NCBI GenBank assembly: GCA_963718945.1
Contig: CAVRAJ010000005.1
Coordinates: forward strand, 34,037-98,036
Direction of reading: 5' to 3'
Source of the DNA: an uncultured Acidobacteriota bacterium
GTDB lineage: Bacteria; Acidobacteriota; Terriglobia; Acidiferrales; UBA7541
DNA length: 64,000 nt
In this document: positions 54,981 through 63,561 of the stretch, piece by piece
Layout: each line of letters begins with the position of its first letter
How positions within the stretch are numbered: position 1 is the first letter of the stretch
The notes under the pieces: generated by a model
Database searches by the model: none
Told to the model about the DNA's origin: nothing
The model's input: only the letters and a program-made list of their open reading frames with translations
Position numbers and translations under genes: made by a program

Positions 54981-56570
54981 ATGAGCAAATTTTTTGTGCT
55001 GGGCAGTCTTGCAGCAGCCTTGTTAGTGCCGTGCGGATTTTGCGCCGGGCAGTCGCAGCAGCTTCCTGCTCTAAAACAGGAAGCCGTTGCGGAAGTGGAC
55101 AAGCTCCAGGCGCTTACGCAGCAAATGGTGGACGAGATTTTCAGTTACAGCGAACTGGGTTTTCAAGAGTACGAAACGTCGCGCTACGTTACCGGTATTC
55201 TTGAGAAAAATGGATTCCAAGTCGAGCATGGCGTCGCAGGTATTCCCACGGCATGGGTAGCCACCTATGGAAGCGGCAAACCGGTCGTCGCGTTCATCAC
55301 CGACCTCGATTGCATCCCCCGCGCTTCGCAGAAGCCGGGAGTCGCGTATCACGACCCGATCATCGAAGGCGCGCCGGGCCATGGAGAAGGACACAATTCC
55401 GGGATGGCGGTCAACGTCACTGCCGCATTGGTTTTGAAGAAACTCCTGGTCGAGCACCACATCGCCGGGACCATCAAAATTATTCCTGGCGTCGCGGAAG
55501 AGCTGTTGGGAACAAAGGCATTCTACGTTCGAGCGGGGTTGTTCAAGGATGTAGATATAGTCCTGGGCGCGCATGTGGAGTCCGAATTTTCGACGTCGTA
55601 CGGCACAGGTAACGGAGAGTGGAGTGGACTGGTCTCCGTGGAATATTTTTTCCATGGCAAGGCAGCGCACGCCGCGGCGGCGCCGTGGGAAGGCCGGAGC
55701 GCGCTGGATGCCGTCGAATTAATGGATACCGGGTGGGATTTTCGACGGGAACATCTGCGCCCCGCGCAGCGCTCCCATCGCGTCATCATCAATGGCGGGG
55801 ATCAGCCCAACGTGGTTCCACCGGAAGCGGCAGTCTGGTACTACTTTCGCGAGTTGGATTATCCGCACATCAAGGATCTCTACGATTTGGGAAATACCAT
55901 CGCGGATTCCGCCGCGAAAATGACGGGAACCACGGTTGATCACAAGCTAGTGGGATCGGCATGGCCGCCGTTTCTAAATAAGGTGATCGCGGAAACGCAG
56001 CAGAAAAACATAGAGACCGTAGGCATGCCGGCATGGAGCGACGCCGATCAGACGCTGGCGAAGTCTCTGCAAAAAGAAATCGGCGCGAAGGTAGAAGGTC
56101 TTAAGGAGAAAGTTGAACCGCTCACGGAACCGGTGAAAAACCCGACGGGCGGCGGATCTGATGACATCGGCGACATTTCCTGGAACGTGCCCATGGTGTA
56201 CCTCATGTATCCGGCAAACATTCCTAATTTGCCGGGCCACAGCTGGGCCAACGGCGTGGCTATGGCGACACCCATCGCCCACAAAGGCTCGACCGCGGGA
56301 GCCAAGGTGCAAGCCATGACCGCTCTCGACTTTTTTCTTCAGCCGCAACTCGTGCAGCAAGCGTGGGATTATTTTCGGAATGTCCAAACCAAGGATGTCC
56401 ATTACCAGACGTTTTTAGGCCCCGACGATAAACCTGCCATCGAGATGAACAAGGAAAAGATGGAGAAGTTCGCGCCGCAATTGAAAAAATATTATTACGA
56501 CCCCGGGCGCTATAAGACCTATCTGGAACAACTTGGGATTCAGTATCCAACCGTCAGAACGGAGCCGTAG
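54981..56570 (+). CDS. Secreted M20-family amidohydrolase (AbgB/aminobenzoyl-glutamate-utilisation-like)
   Basis: Signal peptide, ELGFQEYETSRY, DLDCIP and PGHGEGHNSG. The start is set at ATG 54981. Confidence 0.85.
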   Translation: MSKFFVLGSLAAALLVPCGFCAGQSQQLPALKQEAVAEVDKLQALTQQMVDEIFSYSELGFQEYETSRYVTGILEKNGFQVEHGVAGIPTAWVATYGSGKPVVAFITDLDCIPRASQKPGVAYHDPIIEGAPGHGEGHNSGMAVNVTAALVLKKLLVEHHIAGTIKIIPGVAEELLGTKAFYVRAGLFKDVDIVLGAHVESEFSTSYGTGNGEWSGLVSVEYFFHGKAAHAAAAPWEGRSALDAVELMDTGWDFRREHLRPAQRSHRVIINGGDQPNVVPPEAAVWYYFRELDYPHIKDLYDLGNTIADSAAKMTGTTVDHKLVGSAWPPFLNKVIAETQQKNIETVGMPAWSDADQTLAKSLQKEIGAKVEGLKEKVEPLTEPVKNPTGGGSDDIGDISWNVPMVYLMYPANIPNLPGHSWANGVAMATPIAHKGSTAGAKVQAMTALDFFLQPQLVQQAWDYFRNVQTKDVHYQTFLGPDDKPAIEMNKEKMEKFAPQLKKYYYDPGRYKTYLEQLGIQYPTVRTEP

Positions 56571-56587
56571 TGTTTGATCGACTGGCT

Positions 56588-56920
56588 TCAGGAATTCCTG
56601 GCGGCTTCACCCAGCCAGCGGTCCAGAATGACTAGTTGATTTTCTTTCACTTGCTCGTGGAATCTGGCGCCCATGCCCAGTCCCGGACTGGCGTAGACCA
56701 CGCGGGCCTCCGTCTCGAACGCTTCTTCACCACGGATCAGCCGCAGCCGGATCTGCGCGTCTTTGGGTGTGGGGTTCAGGGTATCCAAGTAGCAGCCGGT
56801 TCGGCTGACGTCCGAGGTTCGCGCCATCACTTTCATGCCGCTGGCGGGTTCCGTTATTTCCGCGGAGAGTACCAGCGGATAGCGAGGCGCAAGGCGACGA
56901 TCCTGCATCACATCCGGCAT
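56588..56920 (-). CDS. PilZ-domain protein (c-di-GMP receptor candidate)
   Basis: DRRLAPRYPL ... TSDVSRTGCYL fits the RxxxR / D-x-S-x-x-G PilZ motifs. Confidence 0.8.
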   Translation of the reverse strand: MPDVMQDRRLAPRYPLVLSAEITEPASGMKVMARTSDVSRTGCYLDTLNPTPKDAQIRLRLIRGEEAFETEARVVYASPGLGMGARFHEQVKENQLVILDRWLGEAARNS

Positions 56921-57108
56921 ATACAGGTCTCCTTTGCCTTGAGAGACCTGTGGTACGCGAAGGATTCCCTGGGGAATTTCGTCGCGGCAGGAGAGATGGC
57001 CCTGTCACCATTGTGCAGGTTGGCGTTGCCGTGAAGCAAGAAGGCAACGCGAAGCTGGCACGAATGGGTTAACCGCAGAGGCCTGCTCTGGCGCTGCAGA
57101 CCGTGGCT

Positions 57109-58053
57109 CTACGGCAACTTCGGATCCGATGCGGAGCCCACTGCGCCTTGCCGGTCCGCGCCGCGAAGCATTCCCGTTTCATCGCGAAAAAAAGAGCGAT
57201 GGCCCGTACGGCCATAAACTAGCGGCGTTGCGGCGAGCTCATACTTGGCAGGCGCGCCCAAAGTGCTTGCGCCTACTATGACGAAGCGGAACGAGTAGCC
57301 GTTTTTCATGCCGGTAGACAGGTCGGAGTCCAGCAGCCCCGCGGATTCCGCGTTCGCTGGACCATGCAGCGCAGGCCCCAGACTCGAGAGGGAATCGGGC
57401 AGCCGCAGGTATTTGCGGCGGTAGGTCTCCACCGCTTCGGCGATACTTTTCAGCGATTCGATTGCGGCTTGTTCATTCTTGTCCGCTTCGGCGGAGTCCC
57501 ATTCAAATTCCAGGGAAGGCAAGTCGAGGAGCACCAAGCCTAGCGAGAGAATTTTCCACTCGCCGTTCTCACGCACGAGACCCATGTTTACTTGAATGGC
57601 GTCGGCGCCTGATGTATCCGTCGCGTCACGCAGCTTGACCGGGAGAAATGCGATGTTGTCACGCGTGTCTGCGCCGCCAATCTGGATCTCCGCGGCGCCC
57701 GCAGGGGTGTCGCATCGCACGATGGGGCGACCGGACGGATTGGCGGTGACCGAGGGCTTGCCCGGCTCGTTGAGCAGCACGAAACGTTTCATGAAGGCGA
57801 CTCGCGCAGCCGGCGTCATGTGGGTAAACGATTCTTTGTTGCGCACGGTCAGAAAACGCTCGAAGTCGCTCTGGCTCTGCGAACAAGCCGCCGTCAGAAC
57901 ATCGCGAAGCGCAGCGGATGGCCCGTTCGGCGCTGCAGTTTGCCTGGCGATGTTTGAACTGGATTCCTGAGCCGAGCTACCACCGGCGAGCGAAAGAAGC
58001 AGCGCAGTCAAAATCAGCGTTTGTGCGATTAAAGCATTTTTTCGAAAAATCAC
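57109..58053 (-). CDS. Secreted hypothetical protein with a C-terminal pilin-like globular region
   Basis: Sec signal peptide with no prepilin GF(T/S)LxE motif. The C-terminal NEQAAIESLKSIAEAVETYRRKY...GYSFRFV...YELAATP...TGHRSFFRDETG resembles the head domain of acidobacterial type IV pilin-like proteins. Confidence 0.5.
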   Translation of the reverse strand: MIFRKNALIAQTLILTALLLSLAGGSSAQESSSNIARQTAAPNGPSAALRDVLTAACSQSQSDFERFLTVRNKESFTHMTPAARVAFMKRFVLLNEPGKPSVTANPSGRPIVRCDTPAGAAEIQIGGADTRDNIAFLPVKLRDATDTSGADAIQVNMGLVRENGEWKILSLGLVLLDLPSLEFEWDSAEADKNEQAAIESLKSIAEAVETYRRKYLRLPDSLSSLGPALHGPANAESAGLLDSDLSTGMKNGYSFRFVIVGASTLGAPAKYELAATPLVYGRTGHRSFFRDETGMLRGADRQGAVGSASDPKLP

Positions 58054-58054
58054 A

Positions 58055-58405
58055 TCAGTCCTTTGCGGAGCTCAGTATGGCGGCCAGGTTTTGCGTAAAA
58101 GCCGAGCGTGGCATTACTTCGTTGCAGCCGGCCACTTGGGCTTGCGCCGCGAGATCGCGCTGCATGTGGGAGAGAAACCCGATGACCCGCAAATCTTTTT
58201 GCGCCACGCGCAAGCGCTCGATGGCCGCGAGCGGCTGGCTCCGTGCGTTCAAGTCGACGATGACCAGGTTTGGCGCCGGTTCCAGCAATCCCAGGAATGC
58301 GTCGCCGGTGTTAGCCACTTTTAATTCCAGGCCGAGATGCTTCGCCGTCTCCGCCACTTTCATTTGAAAAAACAGATCGTCCATCAGCGCCACGACTCTT
58401 CCCAT
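58055..58405 (-). CDS. Stand-alone CheY-like receiver domain protein
   Basis: 116 aa with MDD...LVIVDLN...FLSH layout. The gene is immediately upstream of the pilin-like gene (2-nt gap). Confidence 0.6.
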   Translation of the reverse strand: MGRVVALMDDLFFQMKVAETAKHLGLELKVANTGDAFLGLLEPAPNLVIVDLNARSQPLAAIERLRVAQKDLRVIGFLSHMQRDLAAQAQVAGCNEVMPRSAFTQNLAAILSSAKD

Positions 58406-58501
58406 GCCAGGGTGTCCTCCGCCCGTGTTACCTATTATGCGCTACTTCAACTTTTCGCCGCCGTTTCGAGTAAGATTCTTTCATCGCTTGGGAGGCGCCG
58501 C

Positions 58502-59056
58502 ATGCAACAAGGTGTAGCCCGAACCACCGAGCCGGCCGACACTCGATCCATCCAGCCTGCCCTGTTGCTCCTTGAAAAGACGCCGATTCTGCTTGAAACG
58601 ATGCTTCGCGATTTGCCGGAAGCTCTCTTGCGGTGGAAGCCCGCGCCGGAACGCTGGTCGATTGCGGAAGTGCTTGGCCATCTCGCGGACTTGGAGGTGG
58701 TTTACGCCGACCGGACTCGGCGCATCGTCACGGAAGACGCTCCGATGCTGCAAAAATACGATGCGGCGGGCACCGTTGTGATTGGCGACTACGCACGCGG
58801 GTCAGCGACTGAGAATCTGGGATTTTTCACCAAGACGCGGCGTTCCACGGTTATTTTGCTCAGAAGCATTCCGGCAGACTCTGGCGAGCGCGAGGCGACT
58901 CACTCAGAGCTCGGCAACATCACGCTCCATCAGATGCTGAGCGAGTGGGCTTCGCATGACTTGGGACATCTCCGGCAGATTGCGGAACTTTATCGCGCGC
59001 GCGCGTTTCATCCGTACGCTGGACCATTTCAGAAATATTCGAATCCTAAACCGTAA
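58502..59056 (+). CDS. DinB-family protein
   Basis: RWSIAEVLGHLADLE...ATHSELG...WASHDLGHLRQI is a DinB His triad. The start is set at ATG 58502. Confidence 0.8.
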   Translation: MQQGVARTTEPADTRSIQPALLLLEKTPILLETMLRDLPEALLRWKPAPERWSIAEVLGHLADLEVVYADRTRRIVTEDAPMLQKYDAAGTVVIGDYARGSATENLGFFTKTRRSTVILLRSIPADSGEREATHSELGNITLHQMLSEWASHDLGHLRQIAELYRARAFHPYAGPFQKYSNPKP

Positions 59057-59127
59057 AGGGCATTCTGCTCCCTCTTTACGAGAGCAGAACGAATTTGATT
59101 GGGAAGTGAGAGCAGATACCAGCTTAC

Positions 59128-59580
59128 TCAATGCCCGCCGGCCGGTTCGTGCGCGCCAACCGTCTTATCCGGGACATCGCCTTTCCGTCCCTTGACGCGA
59201 TCATAGACGCTGATTTGGCTCACCGAGCCGAGGGCTTCGTTGTAGAAAGTCGGGACGCCCAGCGCGGTCCGCAGCTCTTCGTTGAACCTTCGCAAATTCT
59301 CGAGATGCGTGGCCAGCGCCGGCAACTTTAAGCCGTCGTCGGTCAGCAGGAATTTTTGGTATCCCGCGTCCCACAGCCGGGTGAAGCGCCCTTTCAGCAT
59401 GATCGTGGGTACAATCGTCATTTGGTACAGGTCGTCGGTCCCTTTGCGAAACTCCGCACCGCTGCCGTATTTTTCCACGCGTACGACGCCGCGTGTGCTG
59501 CCGACGGCAAAGCCCAGCGCCGCCAAACTTTCGATTTGCCTCGGTGTGAACCGCTCTTCGACATTCCACATAGGACTCAT
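59128..59580 (-). CDS. Hypothetical protein
   Basis: 150-aa ORF with protein-like composition and no recognisable motif. Confidence 0.45.
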   Translation of the reverse strand: MSPMWNVEERFTPRQIESLAALGFAVGSTRGVVRVEKYGSGAEFRKGTDDLYQMTIVPTIMLKGRFTRLWDAGYQKFLLTDDGLKLPALATHLENLRRFNEELRTALGVPTFYNEALGSVSQISVYDRVKGRKGDVPDKTVGAHEPAGGH

Positions 59581-59678
59581 AGCCTAGTAAATGCAGAGCT
59601 TTCTGTAAAGCGGACCGCTTTTAACGATCGTTTGGGTGAGGCTTATTCGAGATTATTCGCAGCGGGCTTGAGATCTCG

Positions 59679-60749
59679 TCAGGTTTTGTCTTGAGACCAG
59701 GAACGTTCCCAGGTGCGCCACAACGAAACGTCTCCAAGGCCCAGTTGATTCCACCACTGGTCCAGCATTTTTTGATCGAGGCGCAGAATGCCCTCCCGGG
59801 TTACTCCAGCGGGAGGTGAAGCGAGCGTTGCCAGGCGGTCGTAAACGCGGCCGCGATTCGAATCGTCCACGCGAGAAAGAAGATGCCACACAGAGAGTGC
59901 GTCGCGCTGGCGAGACTCGGCCAGTATCTGGCCGAGTTCGGCGCTCCGCTCTTGCGGTGACCCGCCGGCAAAATCAAACTTGGAAAGTGCCTCGCGAAAC
60001 GATGTGGAAGCATCTTCAAAATACGGCGTGCCTGGCCCGACTTTCGGACGCGTGGCGCAAACTGCGCCTGAGGGGATGAAGGATTCATGGCCATTCAGTT
60101 TGAAACCGACCCATCCGAGTGTCGTGCGGAGAAGCCCTGCTCCCGCATTATCTACCTGAAGCGTGTACGCGCAGCCCAGGTCCACGGCGATAGCGGAAGG
60201 AGTGTCCACGGTAAATTCACCCGGAGCCGCCCAGATGAAAGCGTGAATAGTCCCGCGATCGAGGGCGAGTTGATTATGTCCTTTTCTGTCGGACACCAAA
60301 CGCAAGTGCGTGTTCGGCTCCACGCTTACTCTGCCGATATCGGCTACGGAAATGGTGGCCTGCGAATGGCTGTCCGTGATGAGTGTCTCGCCGATGCCGA
60401 GACTGCCAGCTTTGGAATTTTCTCCGAAAAAACTTGATTCCACTTGCGGTGTTCCGGCGACTCTCTCGATGTCCCAAGCGGGTCCGGAAGATGCATTCTG
60501 CTTCTGGCTCCATCGCAGAATGCCGATTGCGGCAATCAGCAGAATGATCGCGGTTGCGGCTGCGAGCCCGAGACCAGACGGCCATTGCGAGAGCAAGAAT
60601 CGCTGCCAAAACCGCTGTCTCGGTGCCAAAGCAATTTCAGGGAATCCTGGCGTCTGGCCCTGGTGGCGAAATCTGGCAAGGGTATTTTCCAGTTTTTGAA
60701 TCTCCGGGTCTGGTTCGCCGGAATAGTCCCAGAGGTACATGTCATTCAT
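59679..60749 (-). CDS. Anti-sigma factor with a FecR-like periplasmic domain
   Basis: Short cytoplasmic N-terminus, one TM helix (LGLAAATAIILLIAAIGIL), and a FecR-like beta region (ATISVADIGRVSVEPNTHLRL...). There is a 4-nt overlap with the upstream sigma gene. Confidence 0.8.
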   Translation of the reverse strand: MNDMYLWDYSGEPDPEIQKLENTLARFRHQGQTPGFPEIALAPRQRFWQRFLLSQWPSGLGLAAATAIILLIAAIGILRWSQKQNASSGPAWDIERVAGTPQVESSFFGENSKAGSLGIGETLITDSHSQATISVADIGRVSVEPNTHLRLVSDRKGHNQLALDRGTIHAFIWAAPGEFTVDTPSAIAVDLGCAYTLQVDNAGAGLLRTTLGWVGFKLNGHESFIPSGAVCATRPKVGPGTPYFEDASTSFREALSKFDFAGGSPQERSAELGQILAESRQRDALSVWHLLSRVDDSNRGRVYDRLATLASPPAGVTREGILRLDQKMLDQWWNQLGLGDVSLWRTWERSWSQDKT

Positions 60750-61555
60750 GGCTGGTTCCTTCTGCGCGGCGCATTCTTTTCATGCGGCGATGAATTTCCC
60801 GCCGCGCCGGAGGCGAGTCGTATTGCGCCGTCCCGCGACGTCTGGGTTAATTTTTCGCGGAGCTGCTTCATACCGCGGTGCAAATTTACGCGCACAGAGC
60901 CCGGAGTCAGCCCGGTGTGCGCGGCGATCTCCGGTCCCGTCATGCCCTCCACCAAGCGGAGAATTAACGTTTCGCGATAAGCATCCGGAAGGCTACGCAC
61001 GAACGCTAGAATCGTCGCCGCTTCCGCATCGAGAGCAGTGCTCGAAGCCGGTAGTTCTTCATCCTCGGAGAGGCTCTCCCTTACAGAGCCTAGCGATCGG
61101 GATTGCCGATGGTAATCATTGGCGCGGTTACGCGTGATCGCTGCCAGCCAGGGTCCAAAACGCTCAGTGTGGCGCAAGTCGCAGAGTCGAGGGAGAGCAC
61201 GCAGAAAAACGTCCTGAACCAGGTCTTCCACGACAGTCGCCGGCACTTTCGCGAGCAAAATGCCGTGGACCATGCGCGCGTATCGCGCGTATAGCGCGCC
61301 AAACGCGGCGCGGTCGCCTGCGCGTGCAGCCAGTACAAGCGATGAATCAGCCGAGGGTCCGGGCCCAGGCGCGGCGGTCACCGTTCGACAGTCCTTGATT
61401 GTGAGGCGCGAGTCAACTCTGGTTCCTGATTGCGCGCTGCCAATTGCCGTCATCATCCCGTTGTACAAGACGCAAGCTTCCACGCGAGTGTTAACTATGG
61501 ACTGTCGAAATACATCGAAGCGGCCCGTTGACTGGGTCGAAGATATTGCTTCCAT
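60746..61555 (-). CDS. ECF (sigma-70 family group IV) RNA polymerase sigma factor; start uncertain
   Basis: Region 2 (VQDVFLRALPRL...FGPWLAAITRNRANDYHR) and region 4 (LPDAYRETLILRLVEGMTGPEIAAHTGLTPGSVRVNLHRG). The first roughly 60-75 aa of the tracked ORF have no sigma similarity, so an internal start (M34/M35 or V59) is plausible. Confidence 0.85.
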   Translation of the reverse strand: MEAISSTQSTGRFDVFRQSIVNTRVEACVLYNGMMTAIGSAQSGTRVDSRLTIKDCRTVTAAPGPGPSADSSLVLAARAGDRAAFGALYARYARMVHGILLAKVPATVVEDLVQDVFLRALPRLCDLRHTERFGPWLAAITRNRANDYHRQSRSLGSVRESLSEDEELPASSTALDAEAATILAFVRSLPDAYRETLILRLVEGMTGPEIAAHTGLTPGSVRVNLHRGMKQLREKLTQTSRDGAIRLASGAAGNSSPHEKNAPRRRNQP

Positions 61556-61687
61556 AATTCTCTACTTTTCGTAGGGTGATTCCTCTAACTCTTGCTAAAA
61601 TAAGACCATACCGGGAAACTGGCATGCGGCATCTAATTCGGAGTAAACTGGTCGCATATCCGGAGGCTCATTAGGCGACTCAGGGGA

Positions 61688-62671
61688 ATGGCCATTTTGA
61701 ATTCCATCGCTGCTCAAGATCACGCGTCGTCGGCCCAGGCAAAAGGGCGGCTTGAGGTGGCAGGGCAGTCTGTGCTCGAGTTGATTGGAAACACGCCGCT
61801 CCTGCGACTCTCGCGAGTTGGCAATGAATTTCCCAACGTGGAATTCTGCGCGAAAGCGGAGTGGTTCAATCCTGGAGGGTCTGTCAAAGATCGGCCCGCT
61901 TTGAGCATGATCCAGGCGGGTCTGTCGAACGGCGCGCTTCGGCCTGGCAAGACCATCATTGATGCCACCAGCGGCAATACGGGGATTGCCTACGCCATGA
62001 TCGGTGCGGCGTTGGGCTATCCTGTGAAACTTTGCTTGCCAAACAGCGCCTCGCACGAACGCAAACGCATCCTTGGAGCTCTCGGCGCCGAGATTGTCAT
62101 TACTTCCGGAGACGAAGGCACGGACGGCGCGATTCGGCGCGTCCGAGAGATCGTGGCGGCCGAGCCCGAAAAATATTTCTATCCGGATCAATATAGCAAT
62201 CCAGCGAATTGGCAGGCGCACTATCGCACCACCGCCGAAGAAATCTGGGAGCAGACCGCCGGGAGCATCACGCATTTTGTGGCGGCTCTTGGCACGAGCG
62301 GAACGTTTGTCGGCACGGCACGCCGGTTGAAGGAGTTGAATCCATTGATCCGGTGTATCAGCTTGCAGCCGGACGCCGCATTTCACGGACTGGAAGGCTG
62401 GAAACACATGGAGACCGCTCTGCGCCCATCGATTTACGATGACACGCTCGCGGACGAGAATCTCGAGATCGGCACCGAGGATGCCTACCGAATGGTGAAG
62501 CGCATCGCGCGAGAAGAGGGCTTGTTGGTCAGTCCCAGTGCCGCGGCCGCGCTGCTGGGCTGTTTTAAGGTTGCGAAGAATATTGCACCAAGCCAGCATG
62601 CCGTGGTGGTCACCGTTTTTGCCGATTCCGCGTCAAAGTACCTGACCGAACGCTTCTGGGATGAAGATTGA
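61688..62671 (+). CDS. cysM: PLP-dependent cysteine synthase, CysM type (CysO-thiocarboxylate-dependent)
   Basis: NPGGSVKDR (PLP lysine), TSGNTG, GTSGT and the gene context (mec, cysO, moeZ downstream). Confidence 0.88.
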   Translation: MAILNSIAAQDHASSAQAKGRLEVAGQSVLELIGNTPLLRLSRVGNEFPNVEFCAKAEWFNPGGSVKDRPALSMIQAGLSNGALRPGKTIIDATSGNTGIAYAMIGAALGYPVKLCLPNSASHERKRILGALGAEIVITSGDEGTDGAIRRVREIVAAEPEKYFYPDQYSNPANWQAHYRTTAEEIWEQTAGSITHFVAALGTSGTFVGTARRLKELNPLIRCISLQPDAAFHGLEGWKHMETALRPSIYDDTLADENLEIGTEDAYRMVKRIAREEGLLVSPSAAAALLGCFKVAKNIAPSQHAVVVTVFADSASKYLTERFWDED

Positions 62672-63162
62672 CGATGCCGGATGCAACAGCACTTTGGATC
62701 AACAGCCACCTGGCGGAAAAAATTCGCGCCCATGGCGCGGAAACCTATCCGCACGAATGCTGCGGCGCGCTCTTGGGCCGCGATTCGGAGTCAACAAAAG
62801 ATCAGGCTGATGCTGAACAAAAGATTGTCTCGCCGCGCGAAGTGCTGCGGCTGTTTCCTCTGGCTAATCGCAATGGAGACTCGCCGCGCAATCGCTTTAT
62901 GGTTACGGCAGAGGATGTTCGCACAGCGGAGCTGGCAGCAAAAAACCAAGGTCTGGAGATCATCGGCTGGTATCACTCGCATCCCGATCATCCGGCGCGG
63001 CCGAGCGAGTACGATCGCGACCACGCATGGCCGTGGTACAGCTATATCATTGTCAGCGTGCATCACGGCGCGGCCGGGGATATGGCTTCGTGGCGCCTGA
63101 ACGACGACCGCCAGGAATTTTCGCCGGAAGAGATCGAGATTCGGCAACACGCGGCAATTTAG
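62668..63162 (+). CDS. mec: JAMM/MPN+ metalloprotease (Mec-like, CysO-cysteine hydrolase)
   Basis: E-x-CG (PHECCGAL) and the JAMM motif HSHPDHPARPSEYD. Confidence 0.85.
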   Translation: MTMPDATALWINSHLAEKIRAHGAETYPHECCGALLGRDSESTKDQADAEQKIVSPREVLRLFPLANRNGDSPRNRFMVTAEDVRTAELAAKNQGLEIIGWYHSHPDHPARPSEYDRDHAWPWYSYIIVSVHHGAAGDMASWRLNDDRQEFSPEEIEIRQHAAI

Positions 63163-63240
63163 AGATAGCGAGGCCTCAGCGCAGCGCCGGTCTTCGCGCC
63201 GGCCCAGCATGGTTCCGCTAGGATGTAGAGGAGCTGGAAA

Positions 63241-63534
63241 ATGGCAGTCAAGGTTATGATTCCGACGCCGTTGCGGGTTTACGCAGGCAAGCGCGATTCC
63301 GCGGAGTTTGCCGCGGCAACGGTCGGCGAAGCTCTTAGTGGACTGACCAGCGAATTCGCCGAACTACGCAAGCACCTCTTCACGGAAGAGGGCAAACTGC
63401 GCGCGTTCGTGAACGTTTACCTAAACGACGAAGACATTCGCTATATGGCGAAGGAGAACACGCCTACGAAGGATGGGGACACCATCAGTATCATCCCGTC
63501 CATCGCCGGCGGTTCTGCGCGGAAAACGGATTAG
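63241..63534 (+). CDS. cysO: ThiS/MoaD-family sulfur-carrier protein CysO with a 6-residue extension after Gly-Gly
   Basis: VMIPTPLRVYAGK...FVNVYLNDEDIRY...GDTISIIPSIAGG closely parallels M. tuberculosis CysO. The sequence continues SARKTD after GG. Confidence 0.8.
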   Translation: MAVKVMIPTPLRVYAGKRDSAEFAAATVGEALSGLTSEFAELRKHLFTEEGKLRAFVNVYLNDEDIRYMAKENTPTKDGDTISIIPSIAGGSARKTD

Positions 63535-63561
63535 CCGTCAACTGACACAGGAGTTTTTGCG

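Noticed and set aside
61556-61687. Possible SAM or other sulfur-metabolite riboswitch in the cysM leader
   Set aside because: I could not find any of the conserved SAM-I/II core sequences. The region is also the divergent promoter for the ECF sigma gene.
61595-62599. 334-aa minus-strand ORF
   Set aside because: It is antisense to cysM, which has the PLP-lysine and TSGNTG motifs.
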